Shown here: positions 37,970 through 47,777 of the stretch, piece by piece | Numbering within the stretch: the first letter of the stretch is position 1 | How the letters are laid out: each line of letters starts with the position of its first letter | From: a virus | Taxonomy: Duplodnaviria > Caudoviricetes | Direction: 5' to 3' (one strand) | Length of the DNA: 57,474 nt | Virus record (IMG/VR): IMGVR_UViG_3300005933_000015 | Location: 1 to 57,474 of that record | The notes under the pieces: model-generated | What the model was told of the DNA's origin: nothing | Seen by the model: only the letters and a program-made list of their open reading frames with translations | Database searches by the model: none | Translations under genes and position numbers: made by a program

Positions 37970-38396
37970 TTCTACCCCATACAATGTAAGAATTAATTCT
38001 ACGATGTGCGATGTGTTTAGTCGCATATACGGTATGTATATTATTCTGCGTTATTAATTGCTTGCAAGAAGTGACTACATTACAATCGCCAGGATGGTTA
38101 TCATCACCGCCGCATATAATTAATACACCATTATATAATTTACCGATTGGATAAGTTTTCTGAGCATTCATATGAATAATGCAATTTGAAAGAGGAGGAG
38201 TCTCAAATATAACATCTACTATATTGCAATTAGAAATATTCTTAAACTTAGGGTCTATATCATAATATGTTAAAGAAATACCCATTGGTGCAACAACCGC
38301 AAATTCATTAAATGTATTCCCCGGAGCAATTATAGATGCATCTAATTCACCCGACTCTAACAACCATTCTATTGCTTGGTAAGTATCTTCACGCAT
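37962..38396 (-). CDS. methyltransferase-fold-like protein (short, divergent)
   Basis: YYDIDP; weak similarity to ORFs 36888 and 47778; ATG at 38396 preferred. Confidence 0.4.
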   Translation of the reverse strand: MREDTYQAIEWLLESGELDASIIAPGNTFNEFAVVAPMGISLTYYDIDPKFKNISNCNIVDVIFETPPLSNCIIHMNAQKTYPIGKLYNGVLIICGGDDNHPGDCNVVTSCKQLITQNNIHTVYATKHIAHRRINSYIVWGRND

Positions 38397-39120
38397 CGTA
38401 GGACTCCCATAATTCCTTAGCCCACCCCTTGGTCTCATGAAGTTCTAATGCGTCCTTAGCGGTCCGATTAAGACGGATGTGAGAGGTGTTGAATAGTGCT
38501 ATCTTGTGTCCAACTTTCTTCTCATTAAGAGCGTTATCATAATTGTAATTGTACGCTATGCCTTCATCCCAAGTGTCTAATCTATCTTTCCAGTAATGTT
38601 GATAAAACAAATACTTATCTAACGAGTTATATGTAAAGAATATCTTCTCAGAGTTTTCTTGTGTATAATCATATAACCATTGACCACTATCACTCGACCA
38701 ATATACAAACGAACTATTGATATGACACGATGCACCGCGCCCATAATTAAACATTGTTCGTTTTTGTAAATCGAACCAGTAATTGAATATCAACTTTGGT
38801 TTAGTGCTCTTTGTTGTAACTAATTCAGTTATGTTGTCATGTATTAGTACATCTAAGTCGATCCATACATTATGTTCCTCATGAGATAAGTTAAACAAAC
38901 ATAACTTCTCCCTAGTGAATACTCTATCCTTGGGATAATTAAATCGATCAAAGGAATTGTAATCTATAATATATACTTCAGGGCGAATACCTTTTTTATC
39001 ATCTGTTATGCAGTGAAATTTAAATGGCGCATCAATGTGCTTCACTAATGAACCATATAGTCGGTTAACATAGTCGCAGGAATATTTGTCTCCCCATTTA
39101 AATGTAAATATATTAATCAT
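38389..39120 (-). CDS. glycosyltransferase-like protein (KWGxKY family)
   Basis: FKWGDKY..YVNRLY, FHCITDD, EKL.LF, WIDLD, NSSFV. Confidence 0.75.
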   Translation of the reverse strand: MINIFTFKWGDKYSCDYVNRLYGSLVKHIDAPFKFHCITDDKKGIRPEVYIIDYNSFDRFNYPKDRVFTREKLCLFNLSHEEHNVWIDLDVLIHDNITELVTTKSTKPKLIFNYWFDLQKRTMFNYGRGASCHINSSFVYWSSDSGQWLYDYTQENSEKIFFTYNSLDKYLFYQHYWKDRLDTWDEGIAYNYNYDNALNEKKVGHKIALFNTSHIRLNRTAKDALELHETKGWAKELWESYDA

Positions 39121-39131
39121 ACCATATCTAT

Positions 39132-40100
39132 ATGCAAGAAGTTAGAATACCATTAAAGAATATTATCAAGTTCGGTCAGAGAACTATGCTTGAGGATGAT
39201 GTATTTAATGTAAGTTGGATATTAGGAAGATTCTGCAACTATAAATGCTCGTACTGTTGGCCATACGCAAATAGTAGCACATTAGACTTTTCCGAACTTT
39301 ATACTTATAAATCTGTAGTGGACCGTATCCACGCCCAAAGCAGCGCAAATGGTTTTTCAAAAATACATTGGAGTTTATCTGGGGGCGAACCTACAACATA
39401 CAAACATTTGATTGAGTTGGTTAGTCATATAGCAGAGTATGAAGAAGAACAAACGATCCATATGACTAGCAACATAAGCCCTGGAATTAAATGGTGGGAT
39501 AAGTGGGAGCGAGATACTAGAAAATTCGCAAGGCGTTCTATCACAGCAAGTTTTCATGCAGAGTTTGCTAAGGAGAATAAGTTCATAGAGAAGTGTTTAC
39601 ATCTAAACAAATTAGGTATTCGCTTGGTGGTCAATCAAGTAATGGTTCCAGAACTATTTGGTGAGACATATGCAAGACTTGCTAAGATGTATGAACTAGG
39701 TATTAATGTTACGATGAAACCTCAAAGTGACGAAACTGCAAGTTCAATTGTATATGGATATACCGAAGAAATGCTTTCATTAATGCAACAAGGGTTTCCA
39801 CAGAAGTATGACGGCAGGGAAATTTCACAGATCGTTATGCATGATGTTGGCGGTGAAACTTATTACATGGATCAAGCAGAGAGGTTCAATGCGTTTGGGT
39901 TTAATGAGTTTTCTGGATGGAAATGTAATGCAGGATATCAAGGGTTGATAATTCGAGGAGATACTATTAAACGGGGTTACTCATGTAATGATGAACCTAT
40001 AGGAAACCTACAAGAATTTAAATTATTCTCTAGTCCAGTAAAGTGTTCCACTCCACGGTGCGTCAGTTCAGCAGATAGTAAGATACCTAAGTTTAAATAA
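39132..40100 (+). CDS. radical SAM protein with C-terminal twitch-like Cys domain
   Basis: CNYKCSYC, GGEP; C-terminal CNAG...SC...C...C. Confidence 0.9.
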   Translation: MQEVRIPLKNIIKFGQRTMLEDDVFNVSWILGRFCNYKCSYCWPYANSSTLDFSELYTYKSVVDRIHAQSSANGFSKIHWSLSGGEPTTYKHLIELVSHIAEYEEEQTIHMTSNISPGIKWWDKWERDTRKFARRSITASFHAEFAKENKFIEKCLHLNKLGIRLVVNQVMVPELFGETYARLAKMYELGINVTMKPQSDETASSIVYGYTEEMLSLMQQGFPQKYDGREISQIVMHDVGGETYYMDQAERFNAFGFNEFSGWKCNAGYQGLIIRGDTIKRGYSCNDEPIGNLQEFKLFSSPVKCSTPRCVSSADSKIPKFK

Positions 40101-40788
40101 TTTCTAAACCAAATTGAGATGGGAGCATTTCTTGAACAAGTTCTATGTGGTTTGGCTCAATATCAAATGATACTGTAGATGCAGTTTCAACCTTAAAATT
40201 GTCAATTATACTTCGTTTGTTTGCACGGTTTAACCACGGACTTATTATACTATCAAACACATATCTAAACTGATAAAATGTACTATCTTTCAGTTGTATC
40301 TTTACTCGCACGGCGGAATTTAACATACAGTGCCGTAGAAGTTTCCTAACAACTAATTGATATCTATCAGACTCGCCGAAGTTACATGCAGTATGAATAT
40401 ATCCCGCGTCCATATGATACCATTTCCCATCTGGCATCAGTTTATGCATAACCTCGTCTGAAAGATTTATAAGGTACGACATCTCGGATGCAATGGTTAA
40501 ATGATATCTATCATCGATATCAGCATGTGATAGGTATGATTGTCCTGGCGAAAGTTTAATAATCCTAGCCTCACCTATTTCAATATCATTTAAAGAACAT
40601 ATTATATTTTCCCAAACCGTATTGATAAATTTAGGTTTACATTTCCACGGATCATAAAAGAAATTTCCAGTGGGTTCGTTAATAACGGTTTTAGAATCTA
40701 TAACAGGCAAGTTATTATTTGCTTGCAGTAAGTCATCTGGTGTTACGCTATATTTTGTAGGTGTTATCATTCTGGCATATATATTCAT
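40093..40788 (-). CDS. Asp/Asn beta-hydroxylase-like Fe(II)/2OG oxygenase
   Basis: ARII.L.PG...HADID, HTACN, R.QLVV. Confidence 0.65.
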   Translation of the reverse strand: MNIYARMITPTKYSVTPDDLLQANNNLPVIDSKTVINEPTGNFFYDPWKCKPKFINTVWENIICSLNDIEIGEARIIKLSPGQSYLSHADIDDRYHLTIASEMSYLINLSDEVMHKLMPDGKWYHMDAGYIHTACNFGESDRYQLVVRKLLRHCMLNSAVRVKIQLKDSTFYQFRYVFDSIISPWLNRANKRSIIDNFKVETASTVSFDIEPNHIELVQEMLPSQFGLEII

Positions 40789-40830
40789 GAGGAACTTTAG
40801 TATTTAGTTTAATTAGTTAGGAAATTTTTA

Positions 40831-42102
40831 ATGAGTGGATGTGATAGTAAAACATTTTGTATGCATCCTTTTACAGGACTCGCAACAAGGGAAGACGGCG
40901 CGGTTAAGGTGTGTTGTAGAAGTGCTCCTATTGGGTTTATTCAAAAAGAATCTCTTGAGAAGATTTGGAATAATTCTATGATGTTGAAAGTTCGTAAACA
41001 AGTATTAAACAATGAGCGACCCGAGGTATGTAAACCATGTTTCGACTTAGAAGACCAAGGTGTCGAGAGTTTGCGTCAAAGACATATTAAGAACACTATT
41101 CCAGAATCTAGAGTTAACCTATACCCAGAAGCACTTGATAAACTAAATGATGATTACACAATGGCATTTGAACTGCCTACGATGGAAATTAAACTTAACA
41201 ATCTATGCAATCTGAAATGTAGAATGTGTAACCCATTAGACAGCACTAGTTGGAAAGACTGGGATCAGGTTACAGAATTCTACGCAAAGGACAGGAATAT
41301 ACTAATACCCATTGTAGAGTCGTTAGTAGATACTCCAGGAAAATATATTGGTGAGTTTGACGACACTGATAATTGGTGGAAAAGTTTTGAAAAATTATTA
41401 CCACACTTCAGGCGAGTAGAATTTGCTGGAGGGGAACCTCTTATGGATCCACAGCATTACAAGATACTTGATATGCTTAAACCATATGCTCATCAGATTG
41501 AGTTGAAGTATGCTACTAATGGAACAACATTAGGTATTAGCAAGGGTAGGACTATTCATGAGTACTGGCCGCATTTTAAGCAGATCGCGGTTAATGTTAG
41601 TATTGACGGTATACATGACGTCTACGAATATGTTCGGGGTAACGGTAAGTTTAGCACTATAGAATCTAACATCGAGGTGTTTAAATCTTTTCCAAATGTG
41701 AGTAGAGTTGTTGGTGCATTCACAGTACAGTCAAACAATATATTACAGATAGACAAGGTTATCGATTATTTCATAAACAAATTGGGCATTGTATTTTATT
41801 CTCACAGAGTTAGTTATCCTTTAGCATTAAGTGCGCAAGTAATACCGCCAGATCTGAAGGAAGGTGTTATAGAACGCTTAGAAGAAATGAAACTAGAGAT
41901 ATTAGATTATCCTCGCATTCAAGAAAATAAGTTGTTGGAAACTGTAACTAGGCAACAGATTCAAGATAATATAAATTTCTTGAAGGCAAAGTGTATGTAT
42001 GATTCGCATTGGCAAGACTGTATAGATTTTAATATGAAATTAGATAAGACTAGAAATCAAAGTTTATTGCAGGTAATACCAGAATTCAAGCCCTATGTAT
42101 GA
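40831..42102 (+). CDS. radical SAM protein with N-terminal SPASM/twitch domain
   Basis: FCMHPF..VCC...CKPC, then CNLKCRMC, FAGGEP, TNGT, SIDG. Confidence 0.9.
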   Translation: MSGCDSKTFCMHPFTGLATREDGAVKVCCRSAPIGFIQKESLEKIWNNSMMLKVRKQVLNNERPEVCKPCFDLEDQGVESLRQRHIKNTIPESRVNLYPEALDKLNDDYTMAFELPTMEIKLNNLCNLKCRMCNPLDSTSWKDWDQVTEFYAKDRNILIPIVESLVDTPGKYIGEFDDTDNWWKSFEKLLPHFRRVEFAGGEPLMDPQHYKILDMLKPYAHQIELKYATNGTTLGISKGRTIHEYWPHFKQIAVNVSIDGIHDVYEYVRGNGKFSTIESNIEVFKSFPNVSRVVGAFTVQSNNILQIDKVIDYFINKLGIVFYSHRVSYPLALSAQVIPPDLKEGVIERLEEMKLEILDYPRIQENKLLETVTRQQIQDNINFLKAKCMYDSHWQDCIDFNMKLDKTRNQSLLQVIPEFKPYV

Positions 42103-42931
42103 ATCTATATGCTTAGAAGGAGATACTGAAGTTGCTAATACGATTAGCAAGTTTTACTCAGGGGATAGCGAAAAGATATTTAATAAAAATATTTCTATTA
42201 TCCCAGATTGGTATTGGTATGATGTACCAATTTCATATGAATTCAACTCTAAGGGTTATAGGATGCCTCAGTTTGACGAAGTTAACTGGGATAATTATTT
42301 TATTGCTTTGGGGTGTAGTAATTCTGTTGGAGTTGGATTGCCTTTAGGGGTAACATATACTGGATTATTGAGTGATGAACTGAATATTGATTGTGTTAAC
42401 TTAGGATTATCTGGGGCGAGTAATGATTTTATCACTATGAACTTCATACATAGTATAGACAAACTGCCAAAGAAACCCAAATTCGTAGTAGTTAACTGGA
42501 CTAAACCATATAGGTTTATGTGGTTCAAAAGAACACTTGATATAGAATGGATATATAATTGGGTTCCAAGTGTATCCGCATGGGGTAAGAATAAAGTACC
42601 GGATTTCTGTAGGCATGAAGATTATGTCAGCAGATCTTATGCTAATTTGTCTAATCACGATTTAACTTATCACAATATAAATTCATGGAAGTATAAGCGA
42701 AAGTCTATTCAGTTAATTTGTTCTGCATTAGGAGTGGGTTATGTAGACTTCAGTATGTTTTCGGATTTTTCTGAATACTGCGAGTATATATCAATTGATA
42801 ATTTCGATGTGAATTCTTATTGGGCTCGAGATATTCAGACCGCAAACTTAATAGATCCAACTAAATGCAATGGACATGTTGGTAGGTATCATCATAAACT
42901 AGCATACGAATATACGATAAATCAATTATGA
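42095..42931 (+). CDS. SGNH/GDSL-like protein
   Basis: FNSKGYR, LGCS, NLGLSGASN, terminal GHVG. Confidence 0.6.
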   Translation: MYESICLEGDTEVANTISKFYSGDSEKIFNKNISIIPDWYWYDVPISYEFNSKGYRMPQFDEVNWDNYFIALGCSNSVGVGLPLGVTYTGLLSDELNIDCVNLGLSGASNDFITMNFIHSIDKLPKKPKFVVVNWTKPYRFMWFKRTLDIEWIYNWVPSVSAWGKNKVPDFCRHEDYVSRSYANLSNHDLTYHNINSWKYKRKSIQLICSALGVGYVDFSMFSDFSEYCEYISIDNFDVNSYWARDIQTANLIDPTKCNGHVGRYHHKLAYEYTINQL

Positions 42932-43659
42932 TTAACATAGTAGATAAAGTTGAAATACCATACGATCCTTCTTGGGGTAATATTGCAATAAGCATGTCAG
43001 GAGGAGCAGACAGCACTATACTTGCATATCTACTATGCGATATGATTAAACAAAACGATAACTCTACAGCAGTTCATGTGATCAATCATGTTAGAATGTG
43101 GCAAACGCGCCCATGGCAAGAGTATGACGCACTGAGAATATATGAAGTACTATGCGAAATGTTTCCACAAATTATATTTCATCGACATGTTAATTTTATA
43201 CCTCCAGACCTAGAATATGGTGTTTCTGGACCAACTATAAAAGATGCATATGGTAGAACTGTATCAGGAGACAACATTGCAAAACGCTCATTTGCAGAAT
43301 ATGTATGTAAGAAGTTTTCTGTAGACTGTCATTACAATGGAGTTACTAAGAATCCTCCAGTTCAGATTCGAGGTGCTATGACCGAGCGAGAACTCACTAA
43401 AAATGAATCTAACACACATTTAGAATTTACTACTCATATGGGAATATTTGTTAGTCATCCATTGCGGTTTGTAGATAAATCTTGGGTGTACCGACAGTAT
43501 AGGGACAACGGTCTATTAGAACTATTTGAGCAGACAAGAAGTTGCGAAGGTGAGTTTGACGGATTAGACTATAAGTCATATGGACCATATCAACCAGTCC
43601 CAGTATGCGGTAAGTGTTTCTGGTGTGTAGAAAGAGAATGGTCTATTAAAAATGCATAG
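42928..43659 (+). CDS. QueC-like PP-loop ATP pyrophosphatase
   Basis: SMSGGADST P-loop; C-terminal TRSC...CGKCFWC.ER zinc site. Confidence 0.7.
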   Translation: MINIVDKVEIPYDPSWGNIAISMSGGADSTILAYLLCDMIKQNDNSTAVHVINHVRMWQTRPWQEYDALRIYEVLCEMFPQIIFHRHVNFIPPDLEYGVSGPTIKDAYGRTVSGDNIAKRSFAEYVCKKFSVDCHYNGVTKNPPVQIRGAMTERELTKNESNTHLEFTTHMGIFVSHPLRFVDKSWVYRQYRDNGLLELFEQTRSCEGEFDGLDYKSYGPYQPVPVCGKCFWCVEREWSIKNA

Positions 43660-44539
43660 CGTTCGTAATAGATGGTATAAGGAAAATACCGTAAAGGTAG
43701 AATGGAACATAGGCAAGCGATGTAACTACGACTGCTCATATTGTCCTGCCGAGATACATGACAACCATAGTAAGAGCACACCTATAGATGAACTAATATC
43801 AGCGGCAGACCAGTTGCTTCAGATAAACAAGCATATGAGGATTAGTTTCACGGGTGGAGAACCATGTGTCAATAAAGGTCTACCGCAGTTAATAGAATAT
43901 ATTAAGTTGAACGGAGTAAGTTTCGTAAGTGTCACAACAAATGGTACTATGCCAGCAGATTACTACGCCTGTCAAAGGGTTGATCAGTATGTGTTTAGTG
44001 TACATTTTGAATACGACACCGAAAGGGTGTTAGAAACTATACTATCAATAAATGATCTGAACAAATTTCAAATTGTAGTTCATGTTATGGTGTTAGAAGA
44101 ACAGATAGAGCGTGTGCATAGTGTTGTAGATACACTAGACGTTGCTGGAATTCCATATGTGCTAAGGCGAATCCGTTGGAACAGTGGTTTAAGCAGAGAT
44201 GACTTTGATGACTCTCGATATGAAACCAAAACAATACAGTGGATGGTTAACAGCGCTGCGACAGTTAAACCCAATTGTATTGTAGATGACACAACTTTAA
44301 TACATGCAAACGATGTATTGAAAACAAATACTAATCAATTCCAAGGGTGGTCATGTAACGCAGGAATAGAAAGTTTGATGATAGATCAGGATGGAGAAGT
44401 GTACAGAGCAACTTGTAGAGTAGGTGGTAGATTAGGAAACATATATAATGAGAAGTTTACTATACCGAATGAATGGATAACATGCACTAGAACGTTCTGC
44501 ACATGTGAATCCGATATACCATTAACAAAATGCAAATAG
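43652..44539 (+). CDS. radical SAM protein with C-terminal twitch-like domain
   Basis: CNYDCSYC, FTGGEP, TTNG; CNAG...C...C...CTC. Confidence 0.9.
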   Translation: MHSVRNRWYKENTVKVEWNIGKRCNYDCSYCPAEIHDNHSKSTPIDELISAADQLLQINKHMRISFTGGEPCVNKGLPQLIEYIKLNGVSFVSVTTNGTMPADYYACQRVDQYVFSVHFEYDTERVLETILSINDLNKFQIVVHVMVLEEQIERVHSVVDTLDVAGIPYVLRRIRWNSGLSRDDFDDSRYETKTIQWMVNSAATVKPNCIVDDTTLIHANDVLKTNTNQFQGWSCNAGIESLMIDQDGEVYRATCRVGGRLGNIYNEKFTIPNEWITCTRTFCTCESDIPLTKCK

Positions 44540-45372
44540 ACAATTTAGACACAAGGAAATATAAGAGATTCTTTGCATTTGGATGCAGTTTCACTTGGTA
44601 CTACTGGCCGACGTGGGCAGACATCATCGGAAGAGAGATACCCTACTATGAAAATTGGGGACGCGGCGGAGCAGGAAACCAGTTCATATTTAATTCATTA
44701 ATAGAATGTAACTTGCGGAATAAGTTCACAGAAGATGATCTGGTTATAGTAATGTGGACTAGTTGTTCTAGAGAAGATAGATACGTTGATAATGATTGGT
44801 TATTATCTGCAACGGAAAATCGTAAATCTGTATATGGTAATACATGGATGCGAAGGTTTGCTAATCAAGACAAGGGTTTGATGATACGCGATTTTGCATC
44901 CATACAATCAACACAAACCTTATTAGATTCGTTTAATGTAGACTGGGTTAATTTAAATAGTCTACCTCTGATAAGATTTGATATAGATCGAGCAGAAAGA
45001 GATATCAAGAATGGTATTGCTTCTATAAACGACCTAGAAACTCGCTGGGCAGATCAGCAACAACACTTGCATGAAAATAATGGATACTTTGATGAATACC
45101 TAAAAGGTAAATCTGTAGTAGAGTTATATAAAGATATATTTCCCAATATCAAAGAGTCTCTGTATAGAACAATACTTAATAACAAAAAGAGACCCAACTT
45201 CGGAGATCTACATCCAACACCAATCGAATCCCTAAATTATTTGAATAAAGTAATACCTAATAATTTAAAGTCGAATGAATATGTCAACGGTTGGAATGAT
45301 ATGGTTTTGATGATAGAAATTGTAAATCAAATGCCAGAAAAATTTGTTAGGAAACTCCCATTCAGGTTTTAG
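44530..45372 (+). CDS. SGNH/GDSL-like protein
   Basis: FGCSFT, NWGRGGAGN, DLHP. Confidence 0.6.
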   Translation: MQIDNLDTRKYKRFFAFGCSFTWYYWPTWADIIGREIPYYENWGRGGAGNQFIFNSLIECNLRNKFTEDDLVIVMWTSCSREDRYVDNDWLLSATENRKSVYGNTWMRRFANQDKGLMIRDFASIQSTQTLLDSFNVDWVNLNSLPLIRFDIDRAERDIKNGIASINDLETRWADQQQHLHENNGYFDEYLKGKSVVELYKDIFPNIKESLYRTILNNKKRPNFGDLHPTPIESLNYLNKVIPNNLKSNEYVNGWNDMVLMIEIVNQMPEKFVRKLPFRF

Positions 45373-46366
45373 ACTTAGAAATATGTGTATCTGGTTGACA
45401 TGAACAATTTATCCTAGGGCATGTAATACTATCTAGTTTAAACATAGACATATCGAATTCATCGATGAAGTCCTCTGAGAAAATGTTTAGATTAGACCCT
45501 TTGAACAACTGTTCTTGACACGACCCCTTTACCGATCCATCATAACTGATAACTAGGTTTTCCTTTGCTACATCACATTTCCATCCATGGAAAAAGTTCC
45601 ATCTACCGTTAATATGAGTTTCTGGGCGACAAGAAACTGCTGATCCATCGTCAAATATAGCAACGCTCTTTACAACGCTCAATACATCCATTCGAGGTAA
45701 TATCCATTCTCCAGGAGGTATACGTTTGAGTGAGGGGTTAATGTATGCAAGTTGATCGGGAGTGTATGAATTGATATCTTTACCAGGAGACTCTACAACA
45801 CTTTTTGCTTCAACAATCCACAGTTCTTTACTCCTTAGCATCTTGTTAATAAGACCGACACATTTATCCCAAGCGGTCGCATCCATCAACATTATAGAAT
45901 TAATAATAACACCTTTACGATACAACATGTCAGCAACACTTATGAAGTGTTCTATGTTCACGAATTCATGATGACAACTTAACACTGCTTTGTCTATGTG
46001 TTCAGAATTTTCTTCCCACCAACGAAGAGTCCTAGATCCGTTGGAAGTTACTTGGATTCTGACATCATGTTGTTCTTTGATCTCTCGACAGAACTGCCCG
46101 AGGTGAGGCCACATTGTAGGTTCACCCCCTCCTACTAAATTTATCAGATATGTATTTTTACCAAACTTCTCATTATATACATCAAACAATCTGCGAAAGT
46201 TTTTTATCACAGTGTCAATATTCTTTGGATACCTATACACTGCATCTTTAGAACCCGGAAAGCAATATCCACAATCATAGTTACATATATCAGTTGGCCA
46301 GAATCTAATATCAAGAACATTAGATTCTTGGGTATTGACGATTCGTATTATTTTATTTTTATTCAT
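45362..46366 (-). CDS. radical SAM protein with C-terminal twitch-like domain
   Basis: CNYDCGYC, GGGEP, TSNG; C...SC...C...CSC. Confidence 0.9.
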   Translation of the reverse strand: MNKNKIIRIVNTQESNVLDIRFWPTDICNYDCGYCFPGSKDAVYRYPKNIDTVIKNFRRLFDVYNEKFGKNTYLINLVGGGEPTMWPHLGQFCREIKEQHDVRIQVTSNGSRTLRWWEENSEHIDKAVLSCHHEFVNIEHFISVADMLYRKGVIINSIMLMDATAWDKCVGLINKMLRSKELWIVEAKSVVESPGKDINSYTPDQLAYINPSLKRIPPGEWILPRMDVLSVVKSVAIFDDGSAVSCRPETHINGRWNFFHGWKCDVAKENLVISYDGSVKGSCQEQLFKGSNLNIFSEDFIDEFDMSMFKLDSITCPRINCSCQPDTHISKSKT

Positions 46367-47777
46367 ATATCAAATGAGCAAGCTCTGGAAATATTTCTAT
46401 AAATTTAGTATTACGGATACCATCCATCTTAGTAACATACTCTGAGAAAGCGCTGAGTTCTTTGCTATTATCTAAACCGTCCATAAAATCTAGTATTGCT
46501 TGCCAGCGCTTCCATCCATATGGATTAGTTTCCCAGAAGTTCTCATCAGTCCTATAGTTTACATATAACCATTCTTTAAATTCTGCAAATATTCTATGAA
46601 CTTCCTCTTTATCTTTCTTAGGTAGCGTTGTAATACTTAACCAAGTTGGGATATATAACAAATGCATATTAAATATGCCTCCACCCGCTTCGGTATCGTT
46701 ATATACATTCTGCAGATTCACTTTAGTAAACCCTTGTGTTATTTTCCATTTAGCAAACTCAGGTAAATGTTTAATATTCATTATCTGTATGGCGGTTGCA
46801 ATACTAACATGAATATTATCTGGGGTATTATCCAATTTATGTAAGTTACGCACAATAGTATCCCAATTACTAGGATACCTGATGTATGCGTTCCTATCGG
46901 TGAGTGCATCAACACTAAATCCTATCTTAACTTGCTTGAAATTTTTCCACAAATCAATAATATCATCATTCAATAGTAGTCCGTTGGTGTTATATCGCAA
47001 TTGGATTTTATCATGATATCCTTGTCTGATAATTTCTTCAACAAATTTTCTATGCTCTTTAATCATTAGGGGTTCTCCCCCTGCGAAATACACTTGCTTC
47101 AAATTAGGTATCTGAGCATACATTTCTTTCCAGAAGTCAGGGTTCTCATACCATGAGTTATTGAATTTAGTTGAGTCCCATGCCATCTGTTTGCGTAAAG
47201 ATTCATGACTCAGTATCGGGATTAACTTTTTATGATCTGCGACCCATCTACTGCTATCATGGGGACTACACATAATACATTTTATGTTACATGTATGCCC
47301 AAGTCGTAGGTCTAAATACGCAAGTTTTTCTGGTACAGTTCCATCCCCTTCGGTATCATCTACAAGTTTTCCAATATCATAACCATCTTCCATCCAAGTT
47401 CCGGTCTCCCATATTCGTTTACTAACAACATGTTTAGATTCTTCTGCGAAACACTTAGTACATGAAGCTGGAATTTCTCCAGATAACATAGTGGTGCGCA
47501 CGCTTTTCATATAATCATTATTCCACGCACTCATTGGAGTTTCTCTACCAAAATTTGCTGGAGAACCAGTTTCATTCTTCACCAACCCAATTGTATGATC
47601 TTCCCCGGCACCACTGCTATTGCTATTACAACATAGGCGCATATCACCATTAGGACGAGTTGCAAAGTGCATCCAAGGCAAAATACAGAAAGTATCAGAT
47701 CCAGTTATATCAGATATCTTTTTTTGATATCTACCAATGGTGCTATCTTCGGGTTGTATCCAATGTACTTTATTCAT
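46359..47777 (-). CDS. radical SAM protein with N-terminal SPASM/twitch domain
   Basis: FCILPW..LCC...CTKC, then CNIKCIMC, FAGGEP, NTNG. Confidence 0.9.
   Translation of the reverse strand: MNKVHWIQPEDSTIGRYQKKISDITGSDTFCILPWMHFATRPNGDMRLCCNSNSSGAGEDHTIGLVKNETGSPANFGRETPMSAWNNDYMKSVRTTMLSGEIPASCTKCFAEESKHVVSKRIWETGTWMEDGYDIGKLVDDTEGDGTVPEKLAYLDLRLGHTCNIKCIMCSPHDSSRWVADHKKLIPILSHESLRKQMAWDSTKFNNSWYENPDFWKEMYAQIPNLKQVYFAGGEPLMIKEHRKFVEEIIRQGYHDKIQLRYNTNGLLLNDDIIDLWKNFKQVKIGFSVDALTDRNAYIRYPSNWDTIVRNLHKLDNTPDNIHVSIATAIQIMNIKHLPEFAKWKITQGFTKVNLQNVYNDTEAGGGIFNMHLLYIPTWLSITTLPKKDKEEVHRIFAEFKEWLYVNYRTDENFWETNPYGWKRWQAILDFMDGLDNSKELSAFSEYVTKMDGIRNTKFIEIFPELAHLIYE

Noticed and set aside
39132-44539. 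Canonical 7-deazaguanine DNA modification cluster (queC/queE)
   Set aside because: No folE, queD or dpdA in the window, and the rSAM proteins carry extra Cys-rich domains unlike QueE; cannot be fully excluded without the whole genome
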